A stretch of 63,940 nucleotides of DNA, the filler included. It is 10 parts of 10 records of this genome, joined end to end, with 100 filler letters (N's around TTAATTAATTAA, not from the genome) between each part and the next. Parts side by side here need not be neighbours in the genome. Positions count along the whole stretch, not along the records: positions 55,178 to 59,694 come from SRR15195285_2286; positions 59,795 to 63,940 come from SRR15195285_2295; 8 more parts are not named here. One strand, given 5' to 3'. Under the pieces are notes generated by a model. The model did no database searches. It saw nothing but the letters and a program-made list of their open reading frames with translations, and was not told the origin of the DNA. Below are positions 55,951 to 63,940 of this stretch, in pieces. Numbering within the stretch: position 1 is the first letter of the stretch; every line of letters starts with the position of its first letter. Position numbers and translations under genes: made by a program.

Positions 55951-58900
55951 CTACCGCCTGCCTGCACCGCCACCGCCACCACCGAGCCGCTGCAGCCGTT
56001 GGTCGGCACGGCTCTCAGCCTGCACTGCCAGCTCCATACGGAACGGGACGTCCACATACTCGTTCTCGCACCCGAGGAGTAGCTTCCCGCGTCTCCCAGC
56101 GCCTTCCGCAGCAGCGGCGGCAGCAGCATTGCTTGACCCTCCGGCCCTGATGTACCACTGCTCCGGCTCACAGCCAAGGCACTGTCGCCATTCAGCGAGA
56201 CATACACGCTGCGTCATTTGCGCGTCTGCCACCTGCTGCTGCAGCTCAGCACGTACAGTGCCCACTCGCTGCGCACACTCGTCACGGCCGCACACACCAT
56301 CGGTACCGCCGGGGCGGTTGCAGATGACACAGCTGCTGCTGGCTTTGACCTTGAAGAATGCACCGAGCGTGCCCTTGGCAGCCTTCTTCCCATTGCCGCT
56401 ACCGCCGCTCCCACCGCCGCCACCACCGCTGGTATGTGTCTGTGTCCAAGGTGCAGCACGCGCAGTAGCATCGAACTCCAGCTCAGCGGTTTTCAGCAAG
56501 CTGTCCCAGTCCCGTGGCGCACCACTTCCTCCACCTCCACCTCTGCCATTATCGCCCTCAAGCACACCGCGCAGGCAGAAGATCCGCTGTAGGGGCATGC
56601 AGAGCTGCCGCAATGCCTCGTCCCAGTCTACACTACGTCCTTGGGCCAGCGCCTCGAAGGGATCAGTTGCGAGTTGAAACAGCGGGAGCTTCTTCTGCCC
56701 GGTTGAAGCACGCTGCGCCGCTGCCGCTGGCGGCGCACAGAAGACATAGCTCACCCGCTGGCCTGACTCGAAGGACACACGGCCGCCGTACTGCTGTTCG
56801 ATCTTTGTCGCTAGCGCAACATGAGCTGTGGTCACGTCGTATAGCTTTGTCTTGTCTTTCTCGGCTTCCCCAGCAGCACGCTTCTTCTTTGTCTTTGCGG
56901 GGGATGCGTGCGACGCACTCTCCCACATCTTCAGGGCCCGGGTGTGCGAGAGGTCCAGCAGGTGATGACGCCGGCCCAGGACCTCATGGATGGCAGCCAC
57001 CGCTGCCGCACGTGCTGCAGCTGGTCCACCGCCGACAGTCAGCGCAACCAGCACACTCCGCACCGCTCGCGCAATGTACGCTGGCGTGTCACGCATCTGG
57101 CTCTCGAACCCCTTGATGTCACAGTCCATCTCGTTCTCATCTCCACCGTGGCAGCCCTCTGTCACCACCGCACCAGTATAACGCTTGATCTGCTGGATCA
57201 CAAACCGTCGATATGTCTTCTCGTACTCAAGCTCGATCGGACGCCGCCCGATGCGTCGTGTCACCATCTCTGCCTGCGCCCGTGCCTTCCGAGCTGCTTG
57301 GCCGACGCTGAGACTCAGCGCACCAGTATACGACACGAAGACAGAGTCTGTGTCACCGTATATCACTCGGGAGCGCGTCGGCGGCAGGTCCGGCGTGTCG
57401 CGCCCATCGTCAGCCTCGATCAGGTGTTTCGCGTGTTCTAGCATCGCCCTGCCTAAGCCCAGCGTGCATTCGGCGATAGGCAAGCAGCGCAACCGACTCG
57501 ACTGTGCGCCGAGAAACCCATAGAACGCGTTGGCCGCAACCTTGATGCTTTTCTGTCGCAAATCGAGGATGACCCGCATGGAGTCGTCCGTCTCGTCCCG
57601 CAGCAGCGCCTTGACTTCCTTCCGCTCCGCCAGCAAGTTCTCGAGGATCTCCGGTACAACACCCTTGTGCGTGTCCGCAGTCACGTACCCAAAGTTCCGA
57701 TCCGAGCCGCCAGAGGTCAGGTTGACCACCTCGTGCTGCGGTGCTGCAGCAGACTTCTGTGCAGCTGCGGTGAGCAGCGTGTCGTAGCTCATATTGTACC
57801 CAATGATCACGGATGGATACAGAGATGCAAAGTCGAGCACGCAGATTGGATTTTCGTGAAGGCATCCGTCCGGCTGGTACGTCAACGGAGCTTCGGTGGC
57901 GGTGGCGTCTCTTGGAGTACCCATGTCTGGCACTAGGAAACCGCGAGTCCTCGCCGCTCTCAGGAGCATGTTCACTGCCTGGAGCATCTTGCCTCGGGTC
58001 CACACGCTTTTCAACGGCTGGCCAGTAACTCTGGCCAGGGTGGTCGCCTCTGTTATCACCTGCATGGCCGCGACACATCGACGGGCTTGGTCGGCCAGCT
58101 TCTGTGAGTAGCGCACAACTTCGCAGATGTCAGCGTCGCTCTGTTCTCGAAAGCCGCGCAGCAGCTTCTGGCTGATCGTGGCGCCACTGAACCAGGCGGC
58201 ACGTTCGCCACTCAGCAAGGCCTCCGTGATCTCAGTGAACGCATATGTCCTGAGGTTGCGTTGTGCCTGCGCCGCCTCTCGCACATCGATGAAGATGCGA
58301 CCCGAGGAGGAGATTTCTTTGCCCTCCTGATTTGAGGTGGCGGATTGTCTGCCTGCTGCCTTGACCCATTTGGGGTTGTATGTCTGCTTTTTCTTCACCT
58401 TGAGCGCCCCGCCTCGGCCGAACCCAGCGCCCCAAGAATCGAGCTTGAGAAGCTCGGCCTTGAACTGCAGCAGCTGCATGGAGTGACCCACGTCAGTCCC
58501 GCTGATGAAATCGGGATCAAGCTGCACCACGAGCTCCTCGAACCGCGTCAGCAGCTCAGTCTCACTGCGCACATACTCCAGGCTCATCCCAGCGCGCACG
58601 CCCAGGCTACCGGAGCCTTTGTACTTCTCGGGTCGTACTATCAACGCAGTCTTGTATATATCAACCCCGTCAACCCCCGGGTCTAGTACGATGGACAGGC
58701 CCAAGAGGTTGGTGGCCTGTGCCTGCGGCTGATGCAGCTGGCGAATCGCACCGTCGCTAAGTATGTCCATGGAGAGCACACGCAGCGGACAGAGTCGCTG
58801 GTACTCAGCACCACTCCCAGCAGATTTCAGCGGAGGTGCAGCAACATCCCAGCTCACCTCAAGGCAAAGCTGAGAGTCGCCAGCCCCAGCATCGGTCCAG

Positions 58901-59550
58901 CGACCGCCCTCGCAGCTCACCCAGCCGCCTCCCGTAATGCCGGCGTCGATAAAGAAGCGTTCCTCATATTTGGCTGGCTTGGACTCAGACGCCTCCAGCG
59001 TATGCTCCCAATCGCCCTGGTCTGCGTCCAAAGCCTTAACGGCAGGCCCAACAAGCTGAGGCTTGGCTACGGTGATCCGGTAATAGTCACGCGTGGCTGT
59101 GGTGTAGTGCATGATGCTGCGGCTTTGCACCCGCTCCACTCGCTCGACAGCCGCCGCTCCCTTTCCCATCTTTCGCGCAAGCTCAGCAGCAAACTCACTC
59201 TCGTCCGTGGCAGCAGGCGCCCGGACGTAAAAGTACGGGCGAAAGCCTTCCACGACCACAATCACGCTCTCACCGCGCGCAGTGACACCATACATCGTGA
59301 TAGTGGCGTCGTCGTGCGTGCTGTCCAGCAGCATAAAGACAACTGGCTCGGCTGGATCGTAGTGGCGGCAGGCGGGACGCATCGGCACCGCCGTGCTCGC
59401 GGCTGACGCTGCACTGGCACCGGATGCACCACCGCCACCACTGTCGCTTTTGCTGTCGCCGCGAACGCCGTCGTCGCGCTCGAGTGAGCCCTCCAGATCC
59501 ATGGTTGCGTCGCTATCGTCACCGCTGTTGTCGTCGCCACCACTGTCCAC
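55951..59550 (-). CDS. Family B DNA polymerase, divergent Pol delta catalytic-subunit paralogue (true start may lie upstream)
   Basis: LDFASLYPS, RQKSIKVAANAFYGFLG, YGDTDS, LEYEK; N-terminal YGVT..GESV...GFRPYFYV; ARVTGQPL..VWTRG. Confidence 0.9.
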   Translation of the reverse strand: MDSGGDDNSGDDSDATMDLEGSLERDDGVRGDSKSDSGGGGASGASAASAASTAVPMRPACRHYDPAEPVVFMLLDSTHDDATITMYGVTARGESVIVVVEGFRPYFYVRAPAATDESEFAAELARKMGKGAAAVERVERVQSRSIMHYTTATRDYYRITVAKPQLVGPAVKALDADQGDWEHTLEASESKPAKYEERFFIDAGITGGGWVSCEGGRWTDAGAGDSQLCLEVSWDVAAPPLKSAGSGAEYQRLCPLRVLSMDILSDGAIRQLHQPQAQATNLLGLSIVLDPGVDGVDIYKTALIVRPEKYKGSGSLGVRAGMSLEYVRSETELLTRFEELVVQLDPDFISGTDVGHSMQLLQFKAELLKLDSWGAGFGRGGALKVKKKQTYNPKWVKAAGRQSATSNQEGKEISSSGRIFIDVREAAQAQRNLRTYAFTEITEALLSGERAAWFSGATISQKLLRGFREQSDADICEVVRYSQKLADQARRCVAAMQVITEATTLARVTGQPLKSVWTRGKMLQAVNMLLRAARTRGFLVPDMGTPRDATATEAPLTYQPDGCLHENPICVLDFASLYPSVIIGYNMSYDTLLTAAAQKSAAAPQHEVVNLTSGGSDRNFGYVTADTHKGVVPEILENLLAERKEVKALLRDETDDSMRVILDLRQKSIKVAANAFYGFLGAQSSRLRCLPIAECTLGLGRAMLEHAKHLIEADDGRDTPDLPPTRSRVIYGDTDSVFVSYTGALSLSVGQAARKARAQAEMVTRRIGRRPIELEYEKTYRRFVIQQIKRYTGAVVTEGCHGGDENEMDCDIKGFESQMRDTPAYIARAVRSVLVALTVGGGPAAARAAAVAAIHEVLGRRHHLLDLSHTRALKMWESASHASPAKTKKKRAAGEAEKDKTKLYDVTTAHVALATKIEQQYGGRVSFESGQRVSYVFCAPPAAAAQRASTGQKKLPLFQLATDPFEALAQGRSVDWDEALRQLCMPLQRIFCLRGVLEGDNGRGGGGGSGAPRDWDSLLKTAELEFDATARAAPWTQTHTSGGGGGGSGGSGNGKKAAKGTLGAFFKVKASSSCVICNRPGGTDGVCGRDECAQRVGTVRAELQQQVADAQMTQRVCLAEWRQCLGCEPEQWYIRAGGSSNAAAAAAAEGAGRRGKLLLGCENEYVDVPFRMELAVQAESRADQRLQRLGGGGGGAGRR

Positions 59551-60220
59551 GTCAGGTGCAGACCCAGCGATTGTCGCAGCAGGCTGAGCTCGAGGAGGTG
59601 CTGCCGCTGGTGCTGCCGCTGCCGCTGCCGCTGGTGCTGCCTCTGGTGCTGGTTTTGCTGTAGCTCCAGCTGCCGCTGCTGCTGGCCCACCGCCNNNNNN
59701 NNNNNNNNNNNNNNNNNNNNNNNNNNNNNNNNNNNNNNTTAATTAATTAANNNNNNNNNNNNNNNNNNNNNNNNNNNNNNNNNNNNNNNNNNNNGACGAA
59801 AATTGCATTTTCGGAAGCGCCCCCTGTCCAGCGACTCACTTCTGTACGGGTCAAAGATACAGTAGGTTCCTAGCCGGGTGCCGCAAGAGATCGACGCGTG
59901 GATCGACGCATCCCGAGTCAATTCTGATTGCTTGCAACCAAAAGCCAAAACCACAACCGGTTGGTGAAGACAGACGCCTCACTCCGTTCAATGCGGCCTG
60001 TTTCACGCACGCATACGTATTCCCCGACCATCCGGAATTTCGTTTCACCACATAGAAATGACTGGGGGAATCAGGGGCTGGCCGGTGCTCGTCATGCAAA
60101 AACACCAAAACACGTCAAATGGGAGGCGTGGAGAGTGACGCGATCGAAATCGAGGCAAGCCGGACGATCCAAAGCCATTTTTGGGCGCTTTGGACGCGTG
60201 AAACCCTAACCGCGCTGGGG

Positions 60221-61394
60221 ATGCTGAAGGCGGTGCCCGCGCTGCAGGAGGTGTACATGGGCGGCGGGATGGAGGGCTACGGGCGGCCGAGCTCGCAGGA
60301 GGCGGCGGTTATGCTGCAGTTCATTGCGGCAGCGGCGGCGCAGGCGATACCCAACTCATCCGACCACACAAGCTGCCTGGCGGCACAAGCGACGCACAGC
60401 GTGGAGAGCGAGAATGGCGGGCCGCTCCCGAAGCGTGCGAGCCCGGAACCGCCCTCGATCAGCTGTGAGTGCACCTGTGCTGCGAGCTGCTGCGAGCTGC
60501 TGCGGCCGCTGGCCGCCCAGGGCCAGAATCCACTAACCAACCCCTAAGGCACCTCCCTCACCCAGCAACCTTTGGACGCTGCTGTGCAGCGCGCTGGACG
60601 CATATCGACGAGAAACCGGTGGCGGAACGCGCCAGGAAGCGCAGCCGCGCGAAACGTGACGTGCGGACGCCGGACACGCTCACTACACCCTACCTCGGCC
60701 CGCTCGACCATAACAAGGAGCCTATACGTCCAAGCACAAGTTCTGCTGCCATCACCATTGCGTCATCACGCTGTGACGTATCGCACGGTAACTGGGGTGC
60801 CGTAGCGAGCAACGCCACCACAGCTGCGCTCGAGCCCGAAACCGTCGTCAGCCTGCTGAAGGATGAGTCGTTCCGGCCTGGGCCGCGGCCTTCCACGTTC
60901 GGGCGTGAAATGGGCACCTGGGTGTTCAAGGAAGGACGTGACTTCCACATTCGCGGCAAGGCAGCCGCTGGCCACCACAGTGACCGATGGTGCGTACCCA
61001 TCCGAGCTTGCGTCGCTTGCGCGGCGAAGCTAACCCTGCGTGTCACCATGTGCAGGCACAACAGCGGGGGCAGTAAGGCGGCCCGCGACCTCCCGCAGCA
61101 CGAGCCCGTGATCCGCCGTCGGTGCGTCACGTCTCACGTCTGACGTCACGCTCTAGCCTATTTCGACGCACTTCGCTGACCGTCGGGTGTTTTTCGCGCA
61201 GGTACGGCTCGTTGGCACAGCAGGATGGACAGAAGTACAGATATCACGAGTACTACCTGATCAGCTACGATCCCGTGCGCGGTAGCTACGTCGAGGATCG
61301 CAGCGTGACATTGTTCCACGTCATGCTGCCGCTGAGCGAGACCCGCGGCTTTATGCCGCCGAAGCTGTCGCGACGAGTGCGCGCCGGGAAGTAG
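60221..61394 (+). CDS. Soluble protein with CG-1/NAC-like putative DNA-binding domain (introns 60465-60589, 60990-61055, 61122-61201; start uncertain)
   Basis: Spliced sequence: LEPETVVSLLK..RPGPRP..GTWVFKE...SDRWHNSGG...IRRRYGSL..QKYRYHEYYL...EDRSVTLFHV. Splice sites are canonical with branch motifs. Confidence 0.7.
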
Positions 61395-61863
61395 GCGCGG
61401 CTCGAGGCTCGGCCTGTATTAGATAGGCTGAGGGTACGGAGCCATAGTGTTGGAGAGGTCTGGATTGCGTCTCATGCAAGAAGACATGTGTGCTAGACTA
61501 GGACTGGCATCGACCTCGTCGCTCTAGGCGCGTATGGCGAGCCAGGACTGGCCTACTAGTTCGAACGTGGATGGCAGCTGTAAGGGAGTGACTGGCTCAA
61601 TAGAAGTGTCCCATTAAGCTAACAACGTTCTCCGCTATCGCCGCTCGTGTCTCGCCTGCAGCGCGCGCCTGTCGGGCGCCCAGCAGGTTGTCGTTAAGAG
61701 CGTGAACACGTCGTGAAAAACAAGCGCGGAGATACTTTCAATGCACCAGCCCGAAAAGATGGTCGGGAGCCGTGCGCACAAGTTGAGACAAGAGCGAGCG
61801 GCTGCTGAAGCTGCTTAGGTGGCGGCAAGGCTTGCCTAATCACGCTCCTGGCACATCTGCGAC

Positions 61864-63342
61864 TCACACAGGCGATGTCATGCTGGAGTCAGAACGGGTG
61901 CGCTTGAGACCAGGCGTGCTGGATCTGCCGATCGCGCCACCACCCATACTGAACCGAGGCGACATCACGGCGCTGAGGTCCATTTCAGTGGGTGAAAAGG
62001 CCGACGTCCTGGTGCGAAGCTGTGGCAGCACCGCTGACGGGACGATCGGCTGCGGCTCATCCTCTGCAAGCAGTTTGTCGACGATCCGGCGCAAACGGCG
62101 TATCTCGTCAAACAGGCGAGCACTCGCTTGCTTGTGCTCCAGAAACCAACGTGCACGTATTCCCTTCCACATCTGACGGTTGTGCTTCTTCTGGGTCTTT
62201 TTCTCCTTGCCTCCGTCGCGTGCCTTCTTGATCAGACGCTGCACGTCCACTCTGATGTGCGCGATGTCAATCCCATTGCCCTCCAATGCCCGCAGGAACC
62301 GCAGCAGGTCGCGATCTTCGCGGGGGCGGTAGTGACCCGAGTGCAAGTTTACCGAGATAACTTGTCCGTTGATTACTTCCAGCTGGCCTGCCACCTTCAC
62401 CGGCTCAGCGCCCAGAAAGGACGTGTGATGGAATCGCGGGATCCCTTTTGTCTCTTTACGGTGCACGTACATGATCTCGTCTTGCGCCGAAACAACGAAT
62501 ATCCACTCGTTGCCCTCTGCACTCTTGCCAGTGTCCAGAACAGCCCCATCACTGGTCAGCATGACGCCGTTAACAATCTGTACCCGAAACTCCGCGCGCT
62601 TCTCGTCCGTGTCAAGGTACGTCACAACCTCGGCGTCAAGCTTGGCCCGCGAGACCTCAGGCAGCTCGGGCCGCGGTTCGCTGTCGAGCCAGTCCCAAAA
62701 ATGCTTGCCTGGCGTGCCGTTTTCCTGCCATGCCTTGTAGTATGGCCGCAGATTCGCGCCGTAGCGGTGCTTACTATCGAAGCACTCCAGCCAGCTCTTC
62801 TGGTCGAGGACAATCGCGTCGCTCTCCGCCGCGCTGTCGCCTCGGTGTCCGCGCAGCACGGAGCGCGAGAGTACGCTGATCGCGGACCTGCACTGCTCAC
62901 AGCTGCAACCCATCTCGCTCATGAGCACAGATGGGGAATCAAGCCTTGAGCCTCGGGCCTTCTTCACTTTTTTCGGCGCCCGGTGCTCGCGTGTCTCCTG
63001 CCTGTCCACTGCGTCCGCCAGGGTACGGCTCGCGCGGTCGCTCGAAGCGGCAACGGGCGACACGCTGCGGGAGCGCCGCTTGTGGCCTGTTGGCGGCGGG
63101 TGCACGGGGTGCTGCATGGAGCGGGTGCGGGGCATGGAACTGGGCGCCGCTCGCGCAGTTGCGGTGCGGGTTCGGCGCAGGAGGTTCCCCTCGTCAGCCG
63201 GAGCCGCCTCGAGGCCGACGTACGCGTCACCGCCGACCCCCTGGTGCCACCACGTAGTCGGTGAGACCGTCTCCCCATCGATGACCAGCTTCAGCTCCTT
63301 CGTCCGCACCTGCTGCCCGCCGTCCTGCGTACCTTCCGGCAT
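61864..63342 (-). CDS. IQM-family-like protein (conserved core of plant IQ-motif IQM proteins)
   Basis: WLECFDSKHRYGANLRPYY..W...FWDWLD...WIFVVS...FHHTSFLG...AGQL...HSGHYRP. Confidence 0.82.
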   Translation of the reverse strand: MPEGTQDGGQQVRTKELKLVIDGETVSPTTWWHQGVGGDAYVGLEAAPADEGNLLRRTRTATARAAPSSMPRTRSMQHPVHPPPTGHKRRSRSVSPVAASSDRASRTLADAVDRQETREHRAPKKVKKARGSRLDSPSVLMSEMGCSCEQCRSAISVLSRSVLRGHRGDSAAESDAIVLDQKSWLECFDSKHRYGANLRPYYKAWQENGTPGKHFWDWLDSEPRPELPEVSRAKLDAEVVTYLDTDEKRAEFRVQIVNGVMLTSDGAVLDTGKSAEGNEWIFVVSAQDEIMYVHRKETKGIPRFHHTSFLGAEPVKVAGQLEVINGQVISVNLHSGHYRPREDRDLLRFLRALEGNGIDIAHIRVDVQRLIKKARDGGKEKKTQKKHNRQMWKGIRARWFLEHKQASARLFDEIRRLRRIVDKLLAEDEPQPIVPSAVLPQLRTRTSAFSPTEMDLSAVMSPRFSMGGGAIGRSSTPGLKRTRSDSSMTSPV

Positions 63343-63940
63343 GCAGTAGCCCGTTGGCCGCTCCCGCCGTACGCTCCTCCCCTCGCGTCCCCGGCGCCCT
63401 CCACCCCTCCCACCCCCTCCACCCACCAGCGCGCCCCACCTCCCTGCCGTCCCACGCACCCGTACCAACAGGGACGGCCACCAAGCGCCCCAATCGCCCT
63501 ACTACAATGCTGCGCGTCCGGCTCGTGCGTCCCAAGGAAGGCCCAGGTGGCGCCCTCGCTGCTTGTTGTTGCCCGTGCTGCTGCGCCGTCCAACTGTACA
63601 GTACGAGAGTACGTACTGTAGATCTATCGAATCCACAGCTGTCCGCCATCACGATTACCGTACTGTACCTGCTACTAGTATGTAGGATGCTACTGGAAAT
63701 GCACTGTAGATCCTACTTCGTACTGTACTTGTATCTTGGATTTAGGATAGTGCATAATTTCCAGTCGAGGATCCTACTAGGAATCCTGTTGTAGGAATCC
63801 GATTATCCTTCGTGGATCACGGGTAGTGTGTCCACACAGAATTTGTTCATGCTAGGCGAGGATCCGTTATGGCTTGCCCAGCAGTGATTTCTCGACCCGG
63901 TGTGGGCTGACGGATTCCTCGGCATTCGGGGGGGGGGGGG

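Noticed and set aside
55951-59550. Viral or Polinton/Maverick polymerase
   Set aside because: Motifs and the C-terminal Cys region are cellular Pol delta-like, not protein-primed. No capsid, integrase or packaging ATPase genes are nearby.

Overview
This window is GC-rich, intron-containing eukaryotic (protist-like) DNA. It is made of 10 separate contigs joined by artificial 100-bp linkers (N-run/TTAATTAATTAA/N-run), so adjacency across linkers means nothing. About 20 protein-coding genes can be reconstructed, several only after splicing short GT-AG introns (mostly GTGCG or GTGAG donors, CTAAC/CTGAC branch points). They include a WWE-PARP, a HECT E3, a FYVE-repeat-kinase-TIR protein, TRM7/FTSJ1, a cyclic-nucleotide PDE, a giant polybromo/DDT/PHD protein, DP, PX, U-box, EGF, PBDC1-PhyH-hydrolase fusion, Pol delta-like and IQM-like genes. 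The main candidate new system is two paralogues on one contig (35840-38944 and 42031-44122). Each has a CG-1/NAC-like putative DNA-binding domain, a phage tailspike-type Peptidase_G2-like autocleavage domain (GDFAEWH), a transmembrane helix and a Cys-rich ectodomain. These look like self-cleaving membrane-tethered transcription factors analogous to, but built from different parts than, MYRF. They flank a Pmp-like surface protein gene, and a soluble relative of the same DNA-binding domain lies on another contig (60221-61394). All domain calls come from motif recognition by eye; no searches were run.
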